DNA from: Octopus sinensis
Taxonomy: Eukaryota
Assembly (NCBI RefSeq): GCF_006345805.1
Contig: NC_043011.1
Location: forward strand, 22,518,464-22,582,463
DNA: 64,000 nt
Reading direction: 5' to 3'
Positions 1 through 12,215 of this stretch are shown in pieces (position 1 is the stretch's first letter; each line of letters opens with the position of its first letter). Under the pieces are notes generated by a model. It worked only from the letters and a program-made list of their open reading frames with translations, was not told where the DNA came from and did no database searches. Made by a program: the position numbers and the translations under genes.

Positions 1-199
1 TATATTATTGTTCTTTGTTTGAAATAGAAAAAAAAATACTCAGTATTACTACGCTCTTTATAATAGACCACCTACAGCAACTAACAAAAGGCTGAATCTA
101 GCAGAAGCAACATCTTGATCAGTCTACCAAAAAATACACCGCCACTAATATTTTTAGGCTCCTGTAACAGAAAAAAGAAAAAGAAAAATGTAAATTTCG

Positions 200-1560
200 T
201 CAAATTTGAACAATCGGGCAAAACTAAATATTGTTCTTACGAAAGAAACTAAATGAGATGTTATGAATGATAGCAACACTAACGTCCAAAGGAAAACAAG
301 ATGTTATCTACGACAGCGTTGAATTATTTCGCTACAAGACACTTATTTCACATTCGAAGACCATAAGGGTAATTTTACACATAATCAATCCCTTCACTAG
401 ATTTAGCAAATAAGCTAGAACAATTAAGTATGACCAACTAACACATTTTTGATGCCATTATTCCTAAATTTCAGACAGATTTTGATTTACGCTTGTGGAA
501 TAGCACGAACGTTGTGAGTCACTAGTTTAAAACTATCCTACACGAAAACAATTTTAGATTTCACCAATTAGACATAAAAGATTATCACCGTCTGTTTCAA
601 AAGTTTACATTTACCTGCACTGAATTTCATCAAACAAATCAACTCACATCAATCATTAAAAGATCAAAATCATTTTATACGGAAAAAAAAAAAAATTACG
701 ATAAATCTATTAAAAAGTATACCGTAAATCCTCGAGTATAGTCCGCCCTTGAGTATAATACGCAGGGGATTCTTAGGGGGCTGTACCTCTGAAAAACCTA
801 AACCTTGTGTATAATATGTACCCCTTCTCTAACTTGAGTCAAGGAGGTCTATATAACGTCCTTGGTTTGTAAAAATGTATATGGTTAACGTCCTTTATTA
901 TTATTGTATATATAACATAATGCAAACGTGTAGCTTTTTTGTGCATTTTGTTTGCAGAAAATAAAGAAATAACAGTAATAACGTTTAATAAATGTTGCTA
1001 ATTGCAAGTTATGGATGATTCTTTTATGACTTCATTGCTTTCAGACTTAGCTTAAGGTATTTTCGCACTCGACATCACAAAATGCGCCTGAATAAACATT
1101 GCCGGATAGTAAATAGAGATTCAGACATTGCTTAGAAAATAATTTTCATTTTTAACCTCGTATATAGTACGCACGAGGGATTTTGACCTTTAAATTTTCG
1201 GAAAAAAATGCGGATTATACTCGAGGATTTACGGTGTTCGAATGTACTCCTTGATGTAAGTATGGAATCGAAAGATTCTAATGGAGTTAGTGATAACCCC
1301 GGTTCATGTATTCCAAATCTTTATATTCCAAATTCACACACCGAGACATACACTGAAAATCTCAACGAATCTTTTAGGGATTTAGCATATCGTATTATGG
1401 TAGAATCGAACAACAACGATGCAAATATTTTAGATGTCACATTCAGCTTAACTTTCAGCAATCATCTTATAGAAAAAAACTTTACGTAATTCCCCATTAC
1501 ATGCATAAACTCCAATTACCTGCAAATTATTATCAATACCTTCGAACAGAGACGCTACAT
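200..1560 (+). pseudogene. Highly decayed Penelope-like (PLE) reverse transcriptase remnant, interrupted by a MITE
   Basis: Degenerate pieces such as TFEDHKGNF, LDIKDY, FDVSMESKD and NILDVTFSL parallel the better preserved PLE copy at 31970-33410 (TLKDH, DFYPS, FDVSM). Many stops and frameshifts. Confidence 0.55.
722..1234. mobile_element. Tc1/mariner (pogo-like) MITE
   Basis: 25-bp TIRs CCGTAAATCCTCGAGTATAGTCCGC (722-746) and GCGGATTATACTCGAGGATTTACGG (1210-1234). TA on the left, TG on the right. No coding capacity. Confidence 0.8.
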
Positions 1561-1885
1561 TGACAAAGGGCAAATACCCTGAAACGCGTCTGTAGCTGTC
1601 TGACTGGCAGTGTGAAGCGGCTGACCTCCCTTGTTCGAAGGTTATAATGGACACAGTTTGTGTGTCAAATAGCTATCTTAAGGCGATGGCCTCATGGAGC
1701 TAATCAGCGACAGCTTTTAGTCTTATATCTATAAGACTGCCATATTAATATGGCGATAACAATTAACTTCCAGTAACGCTGCCGTAATCTCTTTTAGAGA
1801 GACTTAGTAATTTTAATATTTCTATTATCATCAATACTATAGTGATAAACATCACGTGACGGCTTTCCGACCATTCATCTAATAT

Positions 1886-2090
1886 TGATTTCAAATTTTG
1901 GTACAAGGCCAGCAATTTCAGGGGTAAGTCAATTACATCAACCCAGTACTCAACTGGTACTTATTTTATCGAGCTCCGAAAGGATGAAAGACAAAGTCGA
2001 CCGCAGCGGAATTTGAACCTAGAACGTGGAGATGGACGAAATGCCGCTAAGCATTTCGACCGTCTTCACGATTCTGCCAGCTCTCCGCCT
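1886..2090 (-). mobile_element. tRNA-derived SINE, family A
   Basis: Matches the recurrent GGCGGCGAGCTGGCAGAATCGTTAGC...GAGTTCAAATTCCGCCGAGGTCGACTTTGCCTTTCATCCTTTCGGGGTCGATAAA family, seen more than 12 times in the window. Confidence 0.8.
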
Positions 2091-2382
2091 TAACCGTTGT
2101 TTTAATATTGATGCCTCGATACTCTCAATGAAAGTGGTTTTTAGATAAAGCACAGTACATCGAAAACTACTTACTTTCAACCACACACAGAAAGCGACCT
2201 ATTATATAGTACTATCATTATACATTCTACAGGTCACTGTGGTAGCAAAAATAATTTTGAAACACCTACTTAAGCATTTCTCATTCGAGCATAAGTATGA
2301 TAAAATCTTAAAGAAAAATTATCTAAAGCTATTTTGTCTCCACTACACATACCTCAGCTAACCTCAAGCAATCTAAATCAAG

Positions 2383-2418
<36 letters not shown>

Positions 2419-2751
2419 ACCACTAATTCTACAATCCAACTTGAAACTGTATCTATCTGAACATTAGAACTCAAATACATCCTCATCTTCTAAATGTAAC
2501 AACACTATTTTACCGCTCACGAACTCCTTTACAACATAATCTAGCAGTCACATTGCCAAGAATTTACTTTTCATCTAACCTTACAATGCACCATTTAAAT
2601 ACCATTATGTTCAGATATTTGTATAATTTATATCTCTTGCGCAGGGATTAACCATTTGCGTCCTTTTTGCCATAGCCTAATTAGGAATCAGCTTCATACT
2701 TTACTGTTCTTTATATGGCATTAAAAAAAATTCAAGCGGTTAATTAAACCA

Positions 2752-2840
<89 letters not shown>

Positions 2841-2844
<4 letters not shown>

Positions 2845-3047
2845 ATCCAAACATGAAAACACAAAGAGAAAACACAACAACGCGAGGACGTGGAACAAGT
2901 ATAGTGTTATTGGACGCTCGGGAAAGGAAAGAAAGAAGGAGGATTTAACGTTTCGAGCGGAGCTCTTCGTCAGAAACATAGGAAAAGGAAAGATCCAAGG
3001 AAGGGAAGACGGAGGGAAAAAAATCGCCAACGGTACACACGCGGTCA
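2841..3047 (-). mobile_element. Short non-coding hammerhead-bearing element (PLE pLTR-like)
   Basis: About 205-bp element flanked by (TA)n. A homologous copy lies in the opposite orientation at 24851-25058. Contains a hammerhead motif. Confidence 0.7.
2943..2977 (-). ncRNA. Minimal type I hammerhead ribozyme motif
   Basis: Minus strand GTTT-CTGACGA-A-GAGC tcc GCTC-GAAAC-GTT-AAAT. Core CUGANGA/GAAA, stem II GAGC/GCTC, palindromic AACGTT stem III (dimer type). Confidence 0.7.
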
Positions 3048-3072
3048 TATATATATGCATATATACATACGT

Positions 3073-3111
3073 CCCTTATTCCATGTCCTCGTACTTCGTA
3101 TGTATATATGC

Positions 3112-3142
<31 letters not shown>

Positions 3143-4238
3143 ATTTTTATTATTATATGATTGAACGCCACGCATCCTTTTCCAAGTAAGTTTTATCCTA
3201 ACTCCGATACGACTCTTGTATCATTCTATCATTCGTTTTTTTCTCTCTTCTCCAAGTATTCTATCCTTTTACTCTTTCATTTTCTCCTTTCCTTTCTCTT
3301 ATTCTTTTACCTCTTCCTCTCTCACTATTCTACCCTTTTACTCTGTCGTTTTCTCTCTTCCTTTCTCTTATTCTTTTACCTCCTCCTCTCCCACTATTCT
3401 ATCCTTTTACTCTGTCGTTTTCTCTCTTCCTTTCTCTTATTCTTTTACCTCCTCCTCTCTCACTATTCTACCCTTTTACTCTGTCGTTTTCTCTCTTCCT
3501 TTCTCTTATTCCTTTACCTCCTCCTCTCCCACTATTCTATCCTTTTGCTCTTTCGCTTTCTCTCTTCCTTTCTTTTACCTCCCCTTCTCCCTCTCCCTCT
3601 CCCTCTTTTTGTCTCTTGTCCTGTCTCCACATATTTTCCTCTCTCCTTCACAGTTCTCTGTCTGCCACTCTCTCTCCCTCACTCTTCCTCCTTTGCTCAC
3701 GTGGCCCCCACGTGACCATCGGCTATTCTCCTAACTTGGGTTTCTTTCTTCCTGTTTCAGCTGGACAGGCAAGACGTATTGTTCTTTGTCTCCTGTTCAG
3801 ACTTATTTCTTCGCGTTCGCCACCACAACCTCGCTTAGGCTTAGCACCCCTTCCTGTTTGTTTTCACTGTGCTGTTTTTGTCACCAATCTTGACCCTCTG
3901 CAAGATCGCAAATTTTATTTAACTTGCTTTGCGGGAGTAACTGTTTTATCGAAGGCGTATCTTGTCGTGAATTGCTCGAAATACGGATTAGAAAAACAGC
4001 CGACAACTGAAGAAGGGTCGTTCCTTGTGTTGCTTGTCTTGTTTTCCACTTGCTTCTTTCGTTGCTTGTAAAAAAGCCCTTATTCCATGTCCTCGTACTT
4101 TGTATTTTTTGTTGTATATTTTTTGTGGCGTCCTGTGCTCACATATGCATTTGTATATACGTATGCATGTAAGTATGTACGTATACATATGTATATATGC
4201 ATATATATATTATTTATATTATTATATGATTGAACGCC
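3073..4238. mobile_element. Unclassified element with terminal direct repeats and an internal 69-bp tandem repeat
   Basis: TATTCCATGTCCTCGTACTT...ATTATATGATTGAACGCCA occurs at about 3073-3170 and 4077-4238. A pyrimidine-rich 69-bp unit starts at 3292, 3361, 3430 and 3499. Confidence 0.55.
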
Positions 4239-4239
4239 A

Positions 4240-4276
<37 letters not shown>

Positions 4277-4279
<3 letters not shown>

Positions 4280-5015
4280 TTGCGTCAGAAATTAATTAGC
4301 ACTTCTCAAATTTTTACATTTTCTTACATTTTCTTAATTTAATTAACTTATTATCAGAAACGAACTCGTTTTTAATCAAAAATTTATTAAAACATATCCC
4401 AGCATACCACATAATTGTTTTTAATCGTGAAATTTAGTCAATATCTTGTTGCTCTTCCTTTGGCAGCAATGACAGCTGCTACGCGGGCCGGCATGCTGTC
4501 TATGAGTGCCTGCAGGTACTGTGCAGGGATGGCCCTCCATGCAGCAAGAAGTGCCCCAAACAGCTCGTGTCGGTTCCTGTATTGCTGCACATTCAAATCC
4601 CTACCCAATCGACTCCAGAGGTTCTCAATAGGGTTCAGGTCAGATGACTGGCCAGGCCAGTCCATGAAGAAACCGGTTGTGAGCTTGGCTGTGTGGGGAG
4701 GCGCGTTGTCCTGCTGGAGCACGTACTCCTCGCCACCAAAGAGGTATCCCGCAGAGGGTATGGCAGCATTCCGTACTATCTCAACGTACTTTGCTGCGTT
4801 GATGTTGCCTTCGACGGCATAGAGCCGCCCAACACCACTGTAGCTGAACGCCCCCACACCATCAGACCACCCCCACCATGCTTCATGGTGGGAGCAATGC
4901 AGTCTTTGTTGAAGCGCTCACCCCTGCGGCGTCGCACATGGACAGGCTTGTCACTGACGAGACTGAATCGCGACTCGTCAGTGAACATCACTGTCCGCCA
5001 CTGCTGCACGGTCCA
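4277..5015 (-). pseudogene. Tc1-like DD34E transposase pseudogene (3' half plus right terminus)
   Basis: WRTVMFTDESRF...KHGGGGLMVWG, frameshift near 4856, then QQDNAPPH...WPGQSSDLNPIENLW...KGRATRY. The D-E spacing is shortened to 27 by a deletion. The terminus follows a TA run at about 4277. Confidence 0.9.
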
Positions 5016-5324
5016 TGTCCATGTATATATATATATATATGTAGGCCTCTATCAGAATTATTTACTTATAATTTTCACTATTTCCCCAACAGGTCTATGT
5101 AATGGTGTCTGGTAAATTCACTGTAGTTAATATATCACGGTAAATATACCATCTGCAATTTCATTGCAAAGTAATTACATTGCTAGGTAATTGCATCACA
5201 AGGTAATTATATCAGTTAATTCATTGTAAATTTGTCATCATATCGAGTAACATCGTTAGTGAATTTATCATCGAGCTTTTTTTTTATCCGAGGGAAAAAT
5301 ATATTCTTAAAAATTATTCAAACC

Positions 5325-5548
5325 CTTTTACTCTTTTTTTTTTGCACTTTTACTTGTTTCAGTCATTTGACTGCGGCCATGCTGGAGCACCGCCTTTAGT
5401 TGAGCAAATCGACCCAGGGCTTATTCTTTGTAAGCCTAGTACTTATTCTATCGGTCTCTTTTGCCGAACCGCTAAGTTACGGGGACGCAAACACACCAGC
5501 ATCGGTTGTCAAGCGATGTTACGGGGACAAACACAGACACACAAACAT

Positions 5549-5581
<33 letters not shown>

Positions 5582-5724
5582 CATATATACGAGGGCTTCT
5601 TTCAGTTTCCGGCTACCAAATCCACTCACAAGTCTTTGGTTGGCCCGAGGCTATAGTAGTGGGACTGAACCCGGAACCATGTGGTTCGTAAGCAAGCTAC
5701 TTACCACACAGCTACTCCTGCGCC
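5325..5724 (-). mobile_element. tRNA-derived SINE, family B (internal TA/TG microsatellite)
   Basis: Head GGCGCAGGAGTAGCTGTGTGGTAAG...GGTTCAGTCCC, tail GGTGCTCCAGCATGGCCGCAGTCAAATGACTGAAACAAGTAAAAG. Multiple copies in the window. Confidence 0.8.
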
Positions 5725-5763
5725 TATAACTATTGATTTTTGTGTCGCATTTTTCCTTATTTC

Positions 5764-6180
5764 GGATCTTTTCGGTTTGAACGGCAGTTTTTAACATAAT
5801 TTCTTGGTAACTAAAAAATTTGAAACTTCGTATACTGGTAGAATGTGTTTATAAAACATCTTTTTCTCTTGGCTTTATTGAGAAAATTCTATAGTTTGTA
5901 AGATATTTGTTGTTTTTTTTCTTCAATTTCTGTAATTTCAACCAATCACTGGCGTCTATTGAGGTAAACAACATTCTGTGCCGTATGAATATGTCCTTCG
6001 TTTAAGAAACAGATTGGGTTTATTTACATTTGTGAAGAAAAAAAGATACCCTTCCCCCCACCCCCACCCCTAACCCTAAAAGAGATTGAAATGCAATAGA
6101 TCGATACTAGGGTCATAATTATGGGTGACAATTTCATATGACACCGCTAGAAAAAACTGCCGTTCAAACCGAAAAGATCC
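5764..6180. mobile_element. MITE with GG termini and 8-bp TSD (Merlin-like)
   Basis: TIR GGATCTTTTCGGTTTGAACGGCAGTTTTT and AAAAACTGCCGTTCAAACCGAAAAGATCC. TSD CTTATTTC at 5756-5763 and 6181-6188. Confidence 0.85.
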
Positions 6181-6289
6181 CTTATTTCATTTAGAATAAA
6201 AAACTAATTCCATCCATCTCCCATCCATCCATTAAACTATTCTTGGAGAAGTGTTTGTGTGGTGGTGGTGGTGGTCCTCAGGCCTCTAT

Positions 6290-6535
6290 ACGGTCCTATT
6301 TGAAGCAACTATGCGCTTGGATTTGCAAGTGGGATCAACTGAGACTACGGATATTTATCAACCATCTTGTTTGTGAACTACACCTAGGTCTCCAGGCAGT
6401 TGGCTCGGCTTGAAGAATCCGTCTTGTGATTCTTTCCTGCGATATTCTAATCACATGTTTGTAGTGCTGGAGCTGTGATCGCTCAATGCAGAGAAGATAC
6501 TTACTGCTCGACATGGGAAATTCCTTGGTCACAAG
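6290..6535 (-). pseudogene. RTE-clade LINE 3' fragment
   Basis: LLCIERSQLQHYKHVIRISQERITRRILQAEP...RPR...TRW resembles the RTE RT C-terminus. Related pieces at 15990-16560 and 54640-54820. Confidence 0.7.
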
Positions 6536-6571
6536 AATTATAAATAAATTCAAAGAGAAAAACAATTATTT

Positions 6572-6892
6572 GGCGCTCCTTCGTTTTAACTCGGCAAAAC
6601 TATAACAAGACCTCGGTTTCCGTGTTAACTCGATAATTCACTTCGGATATCTTCGTGACCTCCGAGACAGTGTGCGTGTTCTGTTTTTATGTATTTATGT
6701 GTTGTGAAATATAGATATAACGAAATTATGTCAGCAAAAAGCCTTGCATATTTGTTCTTACATGCTTCATGTGTGTATGTAAAATCCGCAAATTTTCGGG
6801 GGTCACGAAGATATCCGAAGTGAATTGTCGAGTTGTCACGGAAACAACGGAGGTTTTGTTATGGTTTTGTCGAGTTAAAACGAAGGAACGCC
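6572..6892. mobile_element. MITE with about 95-bp TIRs and 9-bp TSD (MULE- or Merlin-like)
   Basis: GGCGCTCCTTCGTTTTAACTCG...CTTCGTGACC mirrored by GGTCACGAAG...CGAGTTAAAACGAAGGAACGCC. TSD CAATTATTT at 6563-6571 and 6893-6901. Confidence 0.85.
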
Positions 6893-7116
6893 CAATTATT
6901 TATATAAAATTTACTCACTAAAAATTTGAGAAAAGAAAAAGGTTACTTTTGAAAACAGAATCGTAAAATAATACCATTTAGGAGATTGCTATTTTAAGTT
7001 GGATGAAGAAGGAAATAACAGAAAAAAGCAAATTATGTAACATGCCTGTCTTACGCATTCTTTGCAGCACATGTGATACATAGGACATTTCCTTGGCCTC
7101 CATGCATTATATATGA

Positions 7117-7633
7117 CTAGCAGTATCGCCCGGCGTTGCTCGGGTTTGTAAGGGAAATAACTATATAAGCATTTTTAGAGAGTTACTTCCTTTATAGATG
7201 CCAATTCGGTCTTTCTTAGCCATTTCTGTTTTGGTGTCTTCAAGCCATGAAGTCGTTGTTCTAAAAGAACGCTGGTCTCCTTGACAACGCATTACGACGT
7301 TGATTTCCTTACACTCCCTTCCCCACAGCTTCACGAGGGAGGGAAGAAGGGGGAGAAGCAAACACAGGTGCAGGTGTTTGAGCGTGGACGCCAACTCCGC
7401 CGCCATCGACACACGAAAAATTATGCATTAAAATGGAATAAAAAATGATGTTAAATTATTTTTAAAATCGTAGACTCATCGTAGACGCGCGCTAATAGCC
7501 AGACGGGCTCGATATTAATCACGACTATAAGATACCCGAATTTGGTTAAACTGCACCGCAAAATGTGGGAGGAGTTAGGAATCTAAATCGTAGGAGACAG
7601 ACACTCACACAACTACAGTTTTATATATATAGA
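7117..7633 (-). mobile_element. Non-autonomous Helitron-like element
   Basis: On the minus strand it starts TC (TCTATATATATAA) and ends CCCGAGCAACGCCGGGCGATACTGCTAG (hairpin plus CTAG), between A and T with no TSD. The 3' end recurs at 62977-63047. Confidence 0.75.
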
Positions 7634-8869
7634 TATACATTCCCAATTTTCTTCAACCGTCAGTGTTACTTGGGATATTTAAAAGAAAAGGTTTATATTT
7701 TCAGAATGTTTGAAACAAGAGCAGACTAAAAACCTGAAAACAAGCAGGGACATTTTTAGGACAGATTTACGAAAATGTTTTAGCCAAGTAAAAGGGTTAA
7801 AATAATTCAAAGTTTGGTAGTCATTAACGATGCATTACATTCTTGTACTACTTTTATATCTGTGTCTACTATGCGGAATTTCTGCGCCGGCAATAGAATG
7901 TTCCATTATTACTTCGTTTTCTGGATTCTTTCATTTTCCCACAAGATTTCTAAAATTTCCAGCTCATAGGATGGAATTTTTTGTCTTTGAATTTGTTTCC
8001 CATTGTTTATTTTTCTCTATTTCATTTTTTTCTCTTCACATTGATACACTCTGTATTTAAGACAATTTTCTCAAACCGCATGTTTCTTTTTAAAAATCTA
8101 GCATCTAATTTTTACTCTTATCGTAAGTTTTATAATTTCTACCTTTACCTTACTTTTCTTATTTTCTTCAAAGGTCACACAGATCAAACACTAACCCTTT
8201 TTCTACTGTGCTCCTTAACCCGCTTCATGATTTTACCCCCATCAACTTCAAAAAATCCCGTTTACTTTTCAGTTTATCTTGTATTTCAGTATCTCAGTAT
8301 CACTACATTCCAATATTCGTATATTCTACAATTGACCCAGAGAAATTCAACCCTTTTACCTTGCCGAAAAGGGGATCATGCATTTGCTTTTCAAGATGTT
8401 TTATATGTAAGCGTGTTATAAATGATATAGTTGAATTTTAGGACGGTCATTTGGCCAATAAAATAAAAAACACACGCACTGGTTTAATTTACCTCTTTAT
8501 TGCTGTTGAATAGTTTATTGCCAATCTCCAACTGATTTTTTCTTGTGTTTATGTTGTTGTGCTTATGTTGTTTATGTGTTTATGTTCATTTATTTGTTGT
8601 CAAGCCTCTCCCTCTCTCTGTGTATTGCAGTTTTGTCGACGTTACTGCTTTGTTGTTTTTTTGGCGTCCATGTTTAATTCACACGTGTGTGTGTTTGTGG
8701 TTTGTAAGTGTGTATGTATGCGTGTATATGGTTTGCGGATGTACGTGTCAGTGGCTTTTGTGTATTTGTGGTTTGTTTACATTTAAATGTGTAGTGATTG
8801 TTTTTACTGATTTAAATCTTATTTTATCATCGTCGTTGTATTACTGCAACTTTTCTATTGAGAAGATGT

Positions 8870-9230
8870 GTGGAGTTTGTGGCTGTGTGGTAAGTGGCTT
8901 GCTTTCCAACCACATGGTTCAGGTTTAATTCCCACTGCGTGGCACCTTGGGCGAGTATCTTCTACTATAGAAGCCCGTCGTATACATATATATGTATGTG
9001 TGTTTGTGTTTATGTTTGTGCTTGTCCCCCCACCCCAACATCGCTTGACAACCGATGCTGGTGTGTTTACGTCCCCGTAAGTTAGCGGTTCGACAAAAGG
9101 GACCGATATAATAAGTACTAGGCTTACAAAGAATAAGTTCTGGGGTCGATTTGCTCGACTAAAGGCGGTGCTCCAGCATGGCCACAGTCAAATTACTGAA
9201 ACAAGGAAAAGAGTAAAGAGAGTAAAAGAG
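8870..9230 (+). mobile_element. tRNA-derived SINE, family B
   Basis: Same head, body and tail as the 5325-5724 copy, ending in (GTAAAAGA)n. Confidence 0.8.
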
Positions 9231-9394
9231 TATTATGTATACTACTTTTGTAACTTGGTAGAAAGTTGTATCTTTCTAATGTGTAGTAAGAATTTTTATT
9301 TAAACATTATCCATTGAGCAATTGTATTTTTCCATGCCATGCTGGTGATGTATGAATATTTGTATGTTCCACCGTATTTAAGCCAGTGTCTAAA

Positions 9395-11642
9395 TGTCCA
9401 CTAGCGAAAATTCGATCAACTGTCCACAGGTCTAAATTCTATCAACTTTCCACTCGTCTAAATTCGATCAACTGTCCACTGTTGTAAATTCGATCAACTG
9501 TCCACTGGTGTAAATTTGATCAACTGGTGTAAATTTGATCAACCGTCGACTTGTGCATTTCAATCAATTAGTACTAGCGAAAATTTGATCAACTGTCCAC
9601 TAGTGCCAATTCGATCAACTGTCCACTGGTCTAAATTCGATCAACTATCCACTAGTGTTATATTCGATTAACTGTCCACTGGTGTAAATTTGATCAACTG
9701 TCTACTTGTGCATTTCAATCAAATGTCAACTAGCGAAAATTCGATCAACTGTCCACAGGTCTAAATTCGATCAACTATTCACTAGCGAAAATTCGATTGA
9801 CTTTCACTGGTCTAAATTCGTTCAACTGTCTACTTATGCAAATTCGATCAACTGTCCACTAGCAAACATTCGTTCTACTGGCCACTGGTGTAAATTCGAT
9901 CAACTGTCCACTAGCGCAAATTCTATCAACTGCACTCTGGTGTAAATTCGATCAACAGTCCACTAGCGAAAATTTGATCAATTATCTTCTTGTGCAAATT
10001 CGATCAACTGTGCAGTAGCGAAAATTCGATCAACTGTCCACTGGTCTAACGTCGATCCACTAATAGCGTAAATTCGATCAACTGTCTACTTTTGCAAATT
10101 CGATCAACTGCCCACTGGTGGAAATTTGATTAACTGTCCGCTAGCGCAAATTCGATCAACTGTCCACTGGTCTAACGTCGATCAACTATCCAACGGTGCA
10201 AATTCGATCAACTGTCCACTGGTGTAAATTTGATCAACTGTCTAATTGTGTATTTCGATCAATTTTCAACTAGGGAAAATTCGATAGACTGTCCACTAGT
10301 CTAAATTCGTTCAACTGTCTACTTATGTAAATTCGATTAACTGTCCACTAGCGAAAATTCGATCTAGTATCCTCTAGCGCAAATTCGATTGAATGTCTAC
10401 TGGTCTAAATTCGTTCAATTGTCTACTTGTGCAAATTCGATCAACTGTCCACTAGCAAACATTCGTTCACTGTCCACTGGTGTAATTCGATCAACTGTCA
10501 ACTAGCGCAAATTCTATCAACTGCCCACTGGTGTAAATTCGATCAATTGTCCACTAGGGAAAATTTGATCAATTGTCTTCTTGTGCAAATTCAATTAACT
10601 GTCCACTAGCGAAAATTCGATCAACTGTCCACTGGTGTAAATTCGATCAACTGTCCACTGGTCTAACGTCGATCAACTATCCAACGGTGCAAATTCGATC
10701 AACTGTCCACTGATGTAAATTCGATCAACTGTCTAATTGTGTATTTCGATCAATTTTCAACTAGGGAAAATTCGATAGACTCCACTAGTCTAAATTCGTT
10801 CAACTGTCTACTTATGTAAATTCGATTAACTGTCCACTAGCGAAAATTCGATCTAGTATCCACTAGCGCAAATTCGATTGAATGTCTACTGGTCTAAATT
10901 CGTTCAATTGTCTACTTGTGCAAATTCGATCAACTGTCCACTAGCAAACATTCGTTCAACTGTCCACTGGTGTAAATTCGATCAACTGTCAACTAGCGCA
11001 AATTCTATCAACTGCCCACTGGTGTAAATTCGATCAATTGTCCACTAGGGAAAATTTGATCAATTGTCTTCTTGTGCAAATTCAATTAACTGTCCACTAG
11101 CGAAAATTCGATCAACTGTCCACTGGTGTAAATTCGATCAACTGTCCACTGGTCTAACGTCGATCAACTGTGCAATTGTGTAAATTCGATCTACTGTCTA
11201 CTTTTGCAAATTCGATCGACTACCCACTGGTGTAAATTTGATTAATTGTCCGCTGGCGCAAATTCGATCGATCAACTGTCCACTGATGTAAATTCGATCA
11301 ACTGTCTACTTTTGCAAATTCGATCACCTGTCCACTGGCGTAAATTTGAACAACTGTCTACTTGTGCATTTCAATCAATTGCCCACTAGCAAAAATTCGA
11401 TCAACTGTCCACTGATGTAAATTCGATCAACTGTCTACTTTTGCAAATTCGATCACCTGTCCACTGGCGTAAATTTGAACAACTGTCTACTTGTGCATTT
11501 CAATCAATTGCCCACTAGCGAAAATTCGATCAACTGTCCACCGGTGTAAACTTGATCAACTGTTTACATGTGCAAATTCGATCAATTGTCCACTGGTGTA
11601 AATTCGATCAACTGTCCACTGGTCTAAATTCGATCAACTGTC
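9395..11642. repeat. 26-bp tandem satellite/minisatellite, about 85 units
   Basis: Consensus AAATTCGATCAACTGTCCACTGGTGT repeated head to tail. The variant TCTAACGTC recurs at 10171, 10662 and 11153 (491-bp period). Confidence 0.95.
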
Positions 11643-11694
11643 ATCAAAATTCAAAAAGAAACGATTTCTAACAGACATTATGTTTAAACTAATA

Positions 11695-12215
11695 ATCCAT
11701 CCATCCATCCAAATTCAAACACACAAATAATTTCTAACAGACATTTTGTAACAACTAATAATTATCCAACCATCCACCCATCCATCCATCCATACACCCA
11801 CCCATCCACCCAACGACACACCCACCCATCCATCCATCGATCCATCCATCAGTCCACCCATCCACCCAACCACTCACCCACCCACCTACCCACTCACCCA
11901 CCCACTCCTCAACCCACCTATCCACCCATCCATCAATCCATCGATCAATCCATCAAAATTCTAACACACAAATAATTTCTAACAGGCATTTTGTTTGAAA
12001 CTAATAATTATCCATCCATCCATCCATCCATCCATCCACCTATCCATCCATCCATCCGTCCATCCCTCCATCGCTCCCTCCCTCCATCGCTCCCTCCCTC
12101 CATCCTTCCATCCCTCCCTCCATCCATCCATCCATCCATCCATCCTTCCATCCATCCATCCATCCTTCCATCCATCCCTCCCTCCGTCCCCCCCTCTATC
12201 CCTCCATCCATCCAT
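11695..12215. repeat. (CCAT)n/(CCCT)n degenerate tetranucleotide repeat
   Basis: Direct reading. Interspersed with three copies of ATTTCTAACAG(A/G)CATT...AACTAATA. Confidence 0.9.

Noticed and set aside
3161-3734. Hydrophobic 184-aa and 172-aa ORFs resembling membrane proteins
   Set aside because: Produced by the 69-bp polypyrimidine tandem repeat, which is open in several frames.
3955-4030. Permuted (type II/III) hammerhead
   Set aside because: CTGAAGA and GAAA are both present, but I could not close all three stems in one topology.
6055-6080. Telomeric repeat
   Set aside because: Only about 1.5 CCCTAA units, and internal to a MITE.
9395-11642. CRISPR-like array
   Set aside because: The variable slot is only about 5 nt and recurrent. 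There are no unique spacers or cas genes and the context is eukaryotic, so it is a tandem satellite.
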